Source of the DNA: a bacterium
GTDB lineage: Bacteria; Hinthialibacterota; Hinthialibacteria; Hinthialibacterales; Hinthialibacteraceae
Assembly: GCA_041946805.1 (NCBI GenBank)
Contig: JBHGBC010000022.1
Span: 1-52,936, forward strand
Direction of reading: 5' to 3'
DNA length: 52,936 nucleotides
Below are positions 17,300 through 26,740 of the stretch, piece after piece (positions within the stretch are counted from its first letter, which is position 1; every line of letters starts with the position of its first letter). The notes under the pieces were generated by a model, which searched no databases, was not told the DNA's origin, and worked only from the letters and a program-made list of their open reading frames with translations. The translations under genes were made by a program, and so were the position numbers.

Positions 17300-18778
17300 T
17301 CAAACCACCTGCACCTCGAGGCCGGCCAGCCGGCCGTAGGCGCGTAATTCCTTTTTGAAATCCCCATAAAAAAATAACTGGTGGAAGCCGGGATAATCCA
17401 AATAATCCTCCACGCCCTCCAGTTGCGCCAGCACCGACACCACGCAGCCGCCGGCGGGGGGGACGGACACATTATCAGCCACTTTCCCCGAGGAGACGAT
17501 CAGGCGCGGCGGTTTTTCCGGATCGTCCAGCAGCACGTCCAGCACGGTCATGGGATGGCCCGGTTCCCAGTGGGGAATGGGGACCGCGTCCCGGTTGCCG
17601 TGGTGATGGGAAAGCCGGAACGGCTCCGGCAGCTGGCCGAATCCCCGCAGGCGGGTGGGACAGGTGCAGTGCGCGCCGATCAGCCCGTTGCGCGCCGTTT
17701 CGGCCACCGGATCCTGCTGGAAGCCGGGGCGGCCGAATAACAGTTGCACCAGGGCGTGCGCGACGCAAGCCCCCAGGTCGGCCTCGCAAGCGGCGGGAAT
17801 GCCCTGGTCCAACATCCGCGACCAGGAGATGCAGGGCAGGCTGACCTTCGTCTGGCCCAGCGCGCCGAGGCAGTCCATGGTGATGCCGTCGCCTTCCTCG
17901 CGCTGCAGGATGGCGCGAGCGGCGAAATAACTCTTCACGCCGTTCACGACATCTTCTTCCGTGGGACCGTGGATTTCTTGGGCCAGCCGCATGTATTCCT
18001 TCGCGGCGCGGCGCGCCTCGCCTTCCCCCGGGATCTGGTGGTATTCATCGAGAAATGATTGCGCGGGGATATACCGCAGGCGGGTCCCGAAAAATGGCAG
18101 GCTCGCGTCCTTGCGTTCCGTGCCCGCGATCACGACAAAGCGCATCTCGCGCAGCTTGGCGCGGGTGAATAGCATCCTCATGCCGTAGGCGGCCTGAGTG
18201 AAGTCATCGGTGGAAGCGATGAACAGGCCTTCCCGCCTGGCCAGCGGGGCGGTGTTGGTGGTGAACGACGAACCCACGGGCGAGAAGGCCACCACGGGGA
18301 TTTTCGTGTCGAGAGCCAGATTCACCGACGGCCAGGCGTGTTGCTGGCGGTCCAGCAGCACCAACAGCAGGCCATCGGATGGGGACTTTTGCGCCGTCTC
18401 CAGCCAGTGGGCGGCCTCCTCCAGCGAATGGAGCGGTTCAGCCTGGATCTCGGCTTTTACGCCGATCGCCTCGGCCGCCGCCTCGATCTCCTGGAGATAT
18501 TTCACCCGGGCGGCCTCGCCGTCGTAGATCTCGCCGGGCCACCACATGCCGTAGTTTTCCTGGCGCCGGACGAAAGCGGCGTGGAGTTTGGGCGTGTAGC
18601 GCGATCCCGGACCGTTCAAGGTGATTTCGCGGCCTTCCAACGGGCCGCCCATACTGGAGCGCGATGATAAATAGGGGGCGAGCAGGGAGCCGAGAGAACC
18701 GAAAACGAACGTCCGGCGCGAACAGGAATATACACGGGATGTGGGCGATGGGCGGGTCATGGCGCGATGCTCCTTCAC
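17300..18778 (-). CDS. L-fucose/L-arabinose isomerase-like protein with twin-arginine-like leader
   Basis: ITMDCL..PC...ACEADL...QQDP...AHCTCP resembles the fucose-isomerase-like C-terminal half. N-terminal SRRTFVFGSLGSLL. Substrate unknown. Confidence 0.6.
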   Translation of the reverse strand: MKEHRAMTRPSPTSRVYSCSRRTFVFGSLGSLLAPYLSSRSSMGGPLEGREITLNGPGSRYTPKLHAAFVRRQENYGMWWPGEIYDGEAARVKYLQEIEAAAEAIGVKAEIQAEPLHSLEEAAHWLETAQKSPSDGLLLVLLDRQQHAWPSVNLALDTKIPVVAFSPVGSSFTTNTAPLARREGLFIASTDDFTQAAYGMRMLFTRAKLREMRFVVIAGTERKDASLPFFGTRLRYIPAQSFLDEYHQIPGEGEARRAAKEYMRLAQEIHGPTEEDVVNGVKSYFAARAILQREEGDGITMDCLGALGQTKVSLPCISWSRMLDQGIPAACEADLGACVAHALVQLLFGRPGFQQDPVAETARNGLIGAHCTCPTRLRGFGQLPEPFRLSHHHGNRDAVPIPHWEPGHPMTVLDVLLDDPEKPPRLIVSSGKVADNVSVPPAGGCVVSVLAQLEGVEDYLDYPGFHQLFFYGDFKKELRAYGRLAGLEVQVV

Positions 18779-18835
18779 GGGATGGATTCGGCCTTATTAT
18801 GCGGAAAAACCGGGAGCAGGGTAAGAGATACCTCC

Positions 18836-18872
18836 CCCCTCTCCCCTCGTGGAAGAGGGGCCGGGGTGAGGG
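18836..18872 (-). repeat. Family A palindrome
   Basis: CCCCTCTCCCCTCGTGGAAGAGGGGCCGGGGTGAGGG (reverse orientation). Confidence 0.75.
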
Positions 18873-18919
18873 AATCCTGCTAGGGAGGAATCATCCCCCC
18901 CCCTAAAAAAAATTCCCTC

Positions 18920-18974
18920 TTGACATCGGAAAATATGTAGCATATTCTTCACTGTAGTTATTACTACAATGTAG
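18920..18974 (+). promoter_or_regulatory. Sigma70 promoter with BlaI/MecI/CopY-type operator
   Basis: TTGACA (18920-25), 17 nt, TATTCT (18943-48). Perfect palindrome CTACA-A-TGTAG (18964-74) matches the TACA-N-TGTA BlaI box; further TGTAG half-sites at 18936 and 18953. Confidence 0.85.
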
Positions 18975-19023
18975 GCGATGGTAAAGGCTCTGCCGCCGGA
19001 TTCCTCGAATCGGAGATGCCTCG

Positions 19024-19410
19024 ATGAAGCCCCTTACGCCCGGTGAACTCGAAATCATGAAAGTCTTGTGGGAGCACGGCCCGCTCAAACCCACTGAAAT
19101 CCAAGCCCGCTTTCCCCGGCCCATCCAGAACGCCGCCTTGCGGGTAGCCCTGCTGGTGCTGTTGAAAAAAGGCCATGTCGCCCGCAAGAAAAACGGCACG
19201 GCTTATTATTACCGGGCCAAGACGCCCAAGGAGGGAACCTTCCAAAAGATGGTTCACAACCTCGCCGCGGTCTTTTGCGAAGGGTCGCCCAAGGCCCTTA
19301 TCGGCCAACTCATCCAGATGGAAAAACTCACTCCGGAAGACATCCAGGAACTGCAAAAATTCGCCCGCGAAGCCGGAATCCAGGAGGTGGAACATCATGA
19401 ACGGCAATGA
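19024..19410 (+). CDS. BlaI/MecI/CopY family transcriptional repressor
   Basis: LTPGELEIMKVLWEHGP...LLKKGHV.RKK.G.AYYY...GSPKALIGQL...LTPEDIQEL; GGAG RBS. Confidence 0.93.
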   Translation: MKPLTPGELEIMKVLWEHGPLKPTEIQARFPRPIQNAALRVALLVLLKKGHVARKKNGTAYYYRAKTPKEGTFQKMVHNLAAVFCEGSPKALIGQLIQMEKLTPEDIQELQKFAREAGIQEVEHHERQ

Positions 19411-22351
19411 TCCGTTTCTGGTTTGGGAGTTCACCCGGTTGGGGATTGTTTTGCTCCGCCTCACCGTTCTCTTGGGCTTGGCCTGGATCGCGCACGGCTG
19501 GTTTTTGTACCGGAATCCCCGCTGGCGGATGGTCTTGTGGCGCTGCGCGGTTTGTGGCTTGATTGGGATTCCGGTCTTGTCCTTTCTTCTTCCAGCCTAC
19601 CGCGTGAATGTCTCCTCTCCCGCGGTCTGGCCGGCCAGGATGCCCTTCCAGGAGGTGTTATGGATTACTCCGCCCTCGGATTTCGTAAACCGGCCCGATC
19701 CTTCCTCCATTTCCACGCCGCTGATCCGGAATACCGCGTCCGCGGAGGATGAATTCGGTACAAAATCAACTCCACCGGATGATGCGCAAACGATTATCCA
19801 GAACCTCCGTTTCCTTGCCGCGCCCTGGTTTTGGGTCTTCACGGTATGGGGATCGGTGGCGCTGGTTTTGGGGTATCGCTGCGTCCGGACGATGGCCCGC
19901 GTCCGGCGGCTGGTGCGGGATTCGGTTCCGGCGCCGGAGGAGATTCAAATCCTAGGGAGACACGTGGCCAAGGATCTGGGATGCGCGCGCCCGGTCCGCC
20001 TCGTTGGCTCCCGGGCATTTGCCACGCCGGTTCTTTATGGCGCCCGGCATCCGGTGATCGTCCTTCCGGAACGGATGGTGGAAGGCGGCTATCGGCGCGA
20101 ATTGCCCGGGATCCTGGCGCATGAATTCGTGCACGTGAAGTCCATGGATTTGCTTTGGATGGGTGTTCTGCAGATATCCCAGATCGGGTTGTGGTTTCAT
20201 CCCTTGGTGTGGGGGATCCGCGCGGCGCACGATTCGGCCTGCGAGGAGATTTGCGACGCCTCGGCGGCCGGATACGTGGGCAGTCCGCAGTCGTATTCGC
20301 AAACGTTGGCCCGGGTGGCGCTGGAACTGTATTCCGCGCCGCTGGCCCCAGGAGGTATCACCATGGTCCGCAAACCGGAAATCCGCAAACGTTTGGAAGT
20401 GGTCATGAACCGGCTGCATGCGTTGCCGGTGTCGAAACAACGGCTGGGGATCTTCGCGCTGTCGGCGGTGCTGGTCATCGCCGCCGCCGGGGTCTTGTAC
20501 CCCGTGGTGGAAGGCGGCGCGGGGGCGGCATCAGCCGAAAGCGATCATTCACAACCGGCCTCCAAGAATCTTACGTCCATCCGGCAAGTTCTAAAATCAC
20601 CGGCGCGATTTTCCGCCATTTCAACGGATGGAAAGTACATTTTGTTCCGAGGTGATGAGTGGAATTTCTATGAATTAGCAACCGGTAATTCCCAGACTTG
20701 GCCTTTTAACAAGATTGAACAGCCGTATCACAATATCTGCATAGCGCCGGGCAATGATTTTCTGGTTTATTCCCAGCACGTAAGAAACGTCACGGGGTAT
20801 CCATACGGTTCTTTAAATTTGTTCGATATCAACAAAAAGGAGATGACTCCGATTATAAATCGAGAGAAAATAAATTACCTTCCCTATGCCTTTTCAAGGG
20901 ATGGAAAAAGGATTCTCGCGGTTTGGGAGGATTTTTATGAGGAAAATTTAGATAAGAAGCTATATCATGCGGATAAATTGGGTTGGATAAACGTGCAGGA
21001 CGGCCAACAAACCGTGATTAAAGTTTTCAACAATTATGAAGGCATTCAACTTTTGTTCATCTCTCCCAACGAAAAATACTTCACGTACCAGACTGGAAAC
21101 TTTGAGGATATTGTTTTGTTCAATGCCGAAAATAACTCGGAAAGAAACGTGGTTCCCTTTGATAAAAAAGTGCAAACCCGCCTGGTGGGTTGGTCACCGG
21201 ACCAAGATTGGATTCTTTACACCAGCAACCGCAATGGATCCTGGGATCTATGGGGAATCCATGTGGTAAAAGGCATGCCTTCCGATTGGCAAGAAGTACT
21301 GGTGCCGAATATAGGAAATATTGATTCGTGCGGTGTATCGTATGAAGGTAATCTCTATTATACTTGCTGGGACGTTCAACGCAACTTATATGTGGCGGAA
21401 TTTGATGTCATTAAAGGGATTCAACAGCCCAAACCGATTGGCAAATACGATGTAGGTGAGTTTATTTGGTCTTCGGATAACCAGCATATAGCCTTTGCTT
21501 CATCCACATCCTCCATTTACCGTTCATGGTCGGGTGAGGAACTTTCACCTCAATATTTTGATGTTTACTCGTTGGGAGACACGATAAATATGATGCAAAT
21601 CAATAACCATGATTACCCCAACGAAAATCATTTAGTGACGTGGTATCCCGGTCAGCCAGCCCTTCTTGTTTACCAAGTATCCCAAGAAGGAATTGTAAAA
21701 CATAACTTACTAGATGATAAAATCGAACCCTGGCTTTTACCTTCTCCCAATCAGCCGAGAAAAGAAGGGCATATCCGGCATTATTATTGTCTTTTAACCC
21801 AAGATGGAAATACAATGTATCATGATAAACTGGTTCGCAGAGTCTTTCAGAAAGAGGGCAGTACAGATCAAGCATCAAGCGAACAAAGCTATCTGATTCG
21901 GCGTTATGTCCGATCGGGTTTTGAGAAAGAAATATGTGATGTGTCATATGGAAGATTCGTCTTATCTCCCGATGAAAAATGGCTGGCGTTTTATAGGAGA
22001 GATGGCGAACAAAATCCTTTTTTAAGAAAAGATATATTTTCCTTACTCGTTTTCAATACGGCAACAGAAGAATTTCGTGAATTATACACAACCCACGATA
22101 GAGAACGAACCATCACGGGCTGGACGCCGGACAGTCAATCCGTAATCGTGCAGGAAGGCAGCAAATTGCTCCGCGTCCCCCTCGCCGGCGGTGAGCCGGA
22201 GGAAATATGGAATTTCGGTGACAAGAACGTCGGCGACGTGAAGCTCAGCCCCGACGGGACGAAGATCGCCTTCATCCTCTCCCGGCTCAAGTACGAGGGC
22301 CTGTGGGTGATCGAGAATTTTCTACCCAAGGAAATCGCCCAAGGTGAATAG
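19397..22351 (+). CDS. BlaR1-like M56 metallopeptidase fused to a TolB/PD40-like beta-propeller sensor
   Basis: TM helices, HEFVH zinc motif, LWFHPLVW, CEEICD, then repeated xSxDGK/WSPD/LSPD blades. Start at ATG 19397 (GGAGG upstream) overlapping the blaI end. Confidence 0.9.
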   Translation: MNGNDPFLVWEFTRLGIVLLRLTVLLGLAWIAHGWFLYRNPRWRMVLWRCAVCGLIGIPVLSFLLPAYRVNVSSPAVWPARMPFQEVLWITPPSDFVNRPDPSSISTPLIRNTASAEDEFGTKSTPPDDAQTIIQNLRFLAAPWFWVFTVWGSVALVLGYRCVRTMARVRRLVRDSVPAPEEIQILGRHVAKDLGCARPVRLVGSRAFATPVLYGARHPVIVLPERMVEGGYRRELPGILAHEFVHVKSMDLLWMGVLQISQIGLWFHPLVWGIRAAHDSACEEICDASAAGYVGSPQSYSQTLARVALELYSAPLAPGGITMVRKPEIRKRLEVVMNRLHALPVSKQRLGIFALSAVLVIAAAGVLYPVVEGGAGAASAESDHSQPASKNLTSIRQVLKSPARFSAISTDGKYILFRGDEWNFYELATGNSQTWPFNKIEQPYHNICIAPGNDFLVYSQHVRNVTGYPYGSLNLFDINKKEMTPIINREKINYLPYAFSRDGKRILAVWEDFYEENLDKKLYHADKLGWINVQDGQQTVIKVFNNYEGIQLLFISPNEKYFTYQTGNFEDIVLFNAENNSERNVVPFDKKVQTRLVGWSPDQDWILYTSNRNGSWDLWGIHVVKGMPSDWQEVLVPNIGNIDSCGVSYEGNLYYTCWDVQRNLYVAEFDVIKGIQQPKPIGKYDVGEFIWSSDNQHIAFASSTSSIYRSWSGEELSPQYFDVYSLGDTINMMQINNHDYPNENHLVTWYPGQPALLVYQVSQEGIVKHNLLDDKIEPWLLPSPNQPRKEGHIRHYYCLLTQDGNTMYHDKLVRRVFQKEGSTDQASSEQSYLIRRYVRSGFEKEICDVSYGRFVLSPDEKWLAFYRRDGEQNPFLRKDIFSLLVFNTATEEFRELYTTHDRERTITGWTPDSQSVIVQEGSKLLRVPLAGGEPEEIWNFGDKNVGDVKLSPDGTKIAFILSRLKYEGLWVIENFLPKEIAQGE

Positions 22352-22603
22352 AAGAGTCCCACGTGATCCGGGGTGGAAGTCCGGTTCCGCTCCGGCCTGC
22401 TTCTCACCCTCTCCGCCTTTTTCCCCTCCCGGCTCCGGGCAACCACTCGCGGAAGAAAATCCCGCCCTTCCCCCCCCTCTCTCAACCAACCGGGAAAAAT
22501 GTGATAGGTTTTCCTCGTATTTTCAGGATTGTCGTCTTGTTTCCCACGCCATCGGAGAAACCGGGAGCGAAAGGATTCATCCCGGGCGGAAGGAGAATGC
22601 CTT

Positions 22604-23233
22604 ATGAAGCCGCAGGCGTTTACGCTGATCGAACTGTTGATCGTGGTTGCCATTATCGGCGTGTTGGCGGCCATTGCCGTGCCCAACTTCCTGAACGCGC
22701 AGGTCCGGGCCGAGATCGCGAAATGCAAGGGCGATATGAAATCGTTCACCACCGCGCTGGAGGCCTACCGCATCGATCACAACAAGTACCCGGAACCCAT
22801 CCGGCCGGTCCGCTGGAACACCTCCGACCATACCGCCACGCTCACCGAACTGACCACGCCGGTTTCGTACATGACCACCATCGACATGGAAGATCCGTTT
22901 GTCATGCGCAAGTTTTGGACCTCGTGGGAAGTGAACCAAACCCACCCGGCCTATGTGTATGTCTATTACCGGGGATTCTGGGGCAAGACGTCTTCCGGGG
23001 GCATCGCGGGCCGCTACGGGACCACTCCGGCGCTGCTGCCGGACGGCGTGGTCATGCACTCGCGCGGCCCCAGCGGCAAGAGCGGCTTGGCGGTGCTGTG
23101 GCCGCTGGAGAAGTATTACAACAACGTGGAACTCAACGACGCGATTTACGCGCCGTCCAACGGCCTCCGGAGCCAGGGCTGCATTTCCGCCTTCCTGGGT
23201 CTCATGCCGCGGCCGAGCGAGTTGGGGGGGTAA
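22604..23233 (+). CDS. Prepilin-type (GspG-like) protein, paralogue 2
   Basis: MKPQA|FTLIELLIVVAIIGVLAAIAVPNFLNAQVRA, LTTPVSY...DPF, YAPSNGLRSQGCI; AGGAG RBS before ATG 22604. Confidence 0.9.
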   Translation: MKPQAFTLIELLIVVAIIGVLAAIAVPNFLNAQVRAEIAKCKGDMKSFTTALEAYRIDHNKYPEPIRPVRWNTSDHTATLTELTTPVSYMTTIDMEDPFVMRKFWTSWEVNQTHPAYVYVYYRGFWGKTSSGGIAGRYGTTPALLPDGVVMHSRGPSGKSGLAVLWPLEKYYNNVELNDAIYAPSNGLRSQGCISAFLGLMPRPSELGG

Positions 23234-23434
23234 GAATTTTCATTGTCTAGGACCGATATGGCAGTCATAAATTCGCAGGGGCACGTGGTTACGTGCCCCT
23301 ACGTCGTTTCCTTACGGCATCGAACAGTACCGTGGAATCGTAAGATGGATGAGCGAAGCATAATCCATCATGATCCTGGTCATCTTGTTTATCCTGACCA
23401 TCCTGGTTCAGACAAATCCACCCTGCCTCCCCCC

Positions 23435-23902
23435 TCACTCCTCTTTTTCTTTACCTGGTTGGCAACGAATGTCGGCGTAGGCGAATCCCGTTTGGGCGCG
23501 TTCTTCCTGCTCGGGAATCCAACGCTCGATTCCGATTTCCTGGATGCGTTTTCCATCCGCCAGGAGGGTCGGGTACACATTCGCCAGATCCCGGATTATT
23601 TGGCAGGGGTAATCCGCGCACAATGGGCACAACTCGATTCCGCGCCGCCGGGCGCATTTGCGGATCTCGCAGAAATCCGGTCCGCCTCCCTGCCGGCACC
23701 CGGGACAACCTTTGTCGGGATCGCTCAGATCCGTCAAAAAGATCCAGAATTCCCTGAAGCCGGGAATCGAACCGCCCCAGTATTCAAATCCCTCCTTGGC
23801 CATCGACTCGCGAAGCGCCTTGGCTTGCCGGGGGATGCGTCCGCGCTGGGCGCACAGTCCACAATGAAGACCGCAATAAGTTACGTATCGTAGATCGGCC
23901 AT
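23435..23902 (-). CDS. DUF3795-like cysteine-rich protein
   Basis: YCGLHCGLC...CPGCR...CEIRKCA...CPLCADYPC pattern. Confidence 0.85.
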   Translation of the reverse strand: MADLRYVTYCGLHCGLCAQRGRIPRQAKALRESMAKEGFEYWGGSIPGFREFWIFLTDLSDPDKGCPGCRQGGGPDFCEIRKCARRRGIELCPLCADYPCQIIRDLANVYPTLLADGKRIQEIGIERWIPEQEERAQTGFAYADIRCQPGKEKEE

Positions 23903-24046
23903 TTCTCTTCTCCCGCTCCAATCTACCTTGGATGGAACGCGGGGGGAACTGTGATTATTGATTCCGGGACAATTCTTGGATTAAGAGAGAAGATAAGGAA
24001 GGATGGAGCGTAAAAAGGAAGGAAAAAAGCTATGCAGTAAGATATT

Positions 24047-24080
24047 CCCTCACCCCGGCCCTCTCCCAAAGGGAGAGGGA
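24047..24080 (+). repeat. Family A palindrome
   Basis: CCCTCACCCCGGCCCTCTCCCAAAGGGAGAGGGA. Confidence 0.85.
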
Positions 24081-24096
24081 AGAATAAGGAAGGTTA

Positions 24097-24132
24097 TAGG
24101 TGGTGAGCTACGTTGCGTTTTGAGCCTACCCT
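24097..24132 (-). repeat. GTAG-type REP-like repeat
   Basis: Reverse complement AGGGTAGGCTCAAAACGCAACGTAGCTCACCACCT resembles 38483-38517 and 25663-25697. Confidence 0.6.
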
Positions 24133-24190
24133 GATTGTTTCCTTGGTGGATTCCGCCGCGCTTAACCCACCCTGCCCATTTCGAGCAGTT

Positions 24191-25486
24191 TCAATGCCAC
24201 ATCCAATCAGGAACACCGGTGGTTGGGTTGTAACGATAAACCAGCGACCGGTGTTCCTCATCCTCCCGGCGGAGCCATACCAGGTGGACCTGGTCCGTGG
24301 CGGGATGCAACGCCAGGGCGGGGGTGCGGGCGTCTTCGAACTTATCGCTGACCATCTCACTGGATTCGAAACGTCCCGATGCAGGATTCCAAACTGCCAG
24401 GTGGACTTGATTCTGCCCGCCTAAATCTTCCTGCCAGGCGATCCAAACCCGGCCCGTGGAATCGAACGCCAGGTTCGGCTGGGTGGAATCCAAGGCGCCA
24501 TCATTCACCGTCAAGGGGCTGCTCCATGCGCCGCCCGCGGGACGGTATTGGAATTGGATTTGGTATAAATTCCCCGGGCGGGTGACGTATACCAGGCCCA
24601 GATTGCCGAAACGGTCCGCGGCCAAACGGGGTGGGTCGGAATGCCTTCCCCCTTTCTCGGCGATGATCTCCACCGGTTCCAATAGTCCATTGGGTAAGAT
24701 ACGCCTGCCTTGGAGCTGAAAAATCCCCGTGAAGCCCCGCAAGAATCCCCAGACCACATAGAGGGAATCATCCGGCAGTACGGCGAGGTCCGGCAACCAA
24801 CGCGATTCCAAGGTATCTCCGGTTAGGGAGGAGGTGATCTTGAATTCTTCGATCCCGGCATGATCCGGGAATAAACCTTCCTCATCGCTGGCGCGCCAAT
24901 AGACATCGGCCTGTGAGCCGTTGGCGGTGAAATCGTACCAGACGATGTGGACGCGGCCGTTGTGATCCAGGGCGATACGGGGGACATAGCCGTTGTCCCC
25001 CGCGTGATCCGCACCGGTGTGGCTGACGCGGATATCCGCATCCAAGAACGCGCCATCCACGGGCTTGCGGTCGTAATAGATTTCGATGTTGTCGATCCAT
25101 TTGCCCAGCGCGGTAGTGTGCCGGTAATCCTGCCAGACCACGTGGACACCGTCTTGCGAATCGAGGGCGAGGACGGGATGGCGGCCGCCTCCATAGGGGC
25201 CGCTGTCGATCCGCACCGGACCGGACACCTGCCCGTTGACGAGGGCGCGGTACCAGCATTGGTTGTCCGGGGGGCTCGACACGTCGTCCGTGATTTCGTA
25301 AACCAGATGAACGCGGCCCCGCGAATCCACGCCGATCGCGCCGCGGGGATTGTAGGCCAGCTGCAGCCCCGGGCCGTCCTGGTGGATGACCAGCGGCTCG
25401 CTCCAGTCCCGCGCGAAGGACGGCGTGTTTAACAGGCAGAGTATTATCAAGTATGATTGGATTATCAGGCAATTTCTCATGGACAT
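24191..25486 (-). CDS. Exported beta-propeller (BNR/sialidase-like repeat) protein, function unknown
   Basis: Signal peptide (..ILCLLNTPSFA|RDW), repeated P.(L/I)A.D..G.VH(V/I)VW.D blades, C-terminus NPTTGVPDWMWH. Confidence 0.75.
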   Translation of the reverse strand: MSMRNCLIIQSYLIILCLLNTPSFARDWSEPLVIHQDGPGLQLAYNPRGAIGVDSRGRVHLVYEITDDVSSPPDNQCWYRALVNGQVSGPVRIDSGPYGGGRHPVLALDSQDGVHVVWQDYRHTTALGKWIDNIEIYYDRKPVDGAFLDADIRVSHTGADHAGDNGYVPRIALDHNGRVHIVWYDFTANGSQADVYWRASDEEGLFPDHAGIEEFKITSSLTGDTLESRWLPDLAVLPDDSLYVVWGFLRGFTGIFQLQGRRILPNGLLEPVEIIAEKGGRHSDPPRLAADRFGNLGLVYVTRPGNLYQIQFQYRPAGGAWSSPLTVNDGALDSTQPNLAFDSTGRVWIAWQEDLGGQNQVHLAVWNPASGRFESSEMVSDKFEDARTPALALHPATDQVHLVWLRREDEEHRSLVYRYNPTTGVPDWMWH

Positions 25487-25561
25487 GAACCTACTTATTG
25501 TGGGTATTTCCGGGAAGTTCGTACGGGATGTGGAAAAAGGGATTTCACCCCTTGAGGATCC

Positions 25562-25628
25562 GGGCGGACACCTAGGTCCGCCCCTACATGAATTCCCTCA
25601 CCCTGGCCCTCTGCCAGAGGGAGAGGGA
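25562..25628 (+). repeat. Composite repeat: GGGCGGAC-N-GTCCGCCC hairpin plus family A palindrome
   Basis: GGGCGGACACCTAGGTCCGCCCCTAC followed by CCCTCACCCTGGCCCTCTGCCAGAGGGAGAGGGA; same order as at 40756-40822 and 42890-42955. Confidence 0.8.
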
Positions 25629-25662
25629 ATTCGGATCGATCCCTCAACTCCAACGAGATTTG

Positions 25663-25697
25663 TTGGGTGGGCTCAAAGCGAAGCCTAGCCCACCCAA
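25663..25697. repeat. REP-like palindrome
   Basis: Perfect 11-bp inverted repeat TTGGGTGGGCT / AGCCCACCCAA. Confidence 0.7.
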
Positions 25698-25716
25698 GAT
25701 CGTGTCTGAATACCTT

Positions 25717-26559
25717 TCAATCCCGCCCGTACGCGTCCCAACCCGGCACATGCGAGGCCGCTTCAAAGAGTTCTTCCCGCGTGATGGGGGGCTGTTCGGT
25801 TCCATAAGTGGCAAAAATGAATCCGAGCACACTGTGATCGAAAACCACGCAATCGCTCACGCCCAGCTCGGACGCGCGCCAGGTATTGTCCTCCCCGAGG
25901 ATGTTCAAGCCCCAGTAGCGCCCGTCCGGATCGCCGAAGCAGTCCGCGGCGGGCTGACCTTCGCCCCCGATCGAACAGATGGAAATGCCGAATGCAGTCT
26001 CATGGGTGATGATCTCGAGACCGGAACGTTGCAGCAGTTGCAGTCCCGTGAGCGTTTCGCCCGGAAATTCGACCCCGCGCGTCACCCGGGCGCCGCCGCC
26101 GTGATCGATCACCAGCGCGGCGCGGCGGGTGATGCCGCAGACATCCGCGAAGGTCCGGTTGGGTGGCCACGTCCCGTCCGGCCCATACGCGAAAGCGATC
26201 AGCGCTCCGGGAACGAGGGAGACGGCGGAGAGATTCGCGGAGAGCGGTGTCCACTCATCGCCCTCCCGTAGGAAAAGAATCCATTTCCATCCCTGGGCGT
26301 GCGGTGAGCAATCGGCCGAACCGTCATCATGGAGGAAACAGAGCGTTGTTTCGCCCGCGGATGATTGGGTGACGTGTTTGAATCCGGAACGTTTCAGCAA
26401 CTCCACCGCCGAAAGATTGGTTTCCTCGAATTCCACACAACGGGTGATGACCTGTCCGGTGGAGCTTTGAATCACCACGCCCGCCTGATTCGCGGCTTCC
26501 ACCACCGAGGAAGGCGCCCAGATCATTCCCACAAGCACCAAGAAGAACCGTTTACGCAT
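25717..26559 (-). CDS. Exported protein with two tandem DUF4430/transcobalamin-C-like domains; putative cobalamin-binding protein
   Basis: Signal peptide MRKRFFLVLVG...VEA. Internal duplication A.(V/L)VI....G...TR.VEF....L...(E/Q)LL.RSG...C......G...DC.....W. First gene after the cobalamin riboswitch. Start at ATG 26559 (AAGGA RBS). Confidence 0.7.
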   Translation of the reverse strand: MRKRFFLVLVGMIWAPSSVVEAANQAGVVIQSSTGQVITRCVEFEETNLSAVELLKRSGFKHVTQSSAGETTLCFLHDDGSADCSPHAQGWKWILFLREGDEWTPLSANLSAVSLVPGALIAFAYGPDGTWPPNRTFADVCGITRRAALVIDHGGGARVTRGVEFPGETLTGLQLLQRSGLEIITHETAFGISICSIGGEGQPAADCFGDPDGRYWGLNILGEDNTWRASELGVSDCVVFDHSVLGFIFATYGTEQPPITREELFEAASHVPGWDAYGRD

Positions 26560-26646
26560 TGTCTTGATCCTTTCATCGAGGATGGATGGGCTCTTCGGAG
26601 AGAGAAAGAACATGGCGTGGCCGGCAAGCGGCCGGGGAAGGATCAC

Positions 26647-26686
26647 AAAAAACCAGCCCCGGTCACCTGCGCGATCGGGGCATGGG
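26647..26686 (-). terminator. Intrinsic terminator, probable riboswitch expression platform
   Basis: Minus strand GCCCCGATC-GCGCAGGT-GACCGGGGC then TGGTTTTTT, between the aptamer and the CDS. Confidence 0.75.
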
Positions 26687-26740
26687 TTGAATGATCTTAG
26701 GGCCTTGCCACCCTCTCAGTCCCCGAAGAGGTGACAATGG

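Noticed and set aside
19175..19396. ORF-track N-terminal extension of the BlaR1-like gene
   Set aside because: Lies inside blaI in another frame; ATG 19397 has a GGAGG RBS and the usual blaI/blaR overlap.
19397..22351. Beta-lactam resistance locus
   Set aside because: No penicillin-binding sensor domain and no beta-lactamase or PBP gene nearby.
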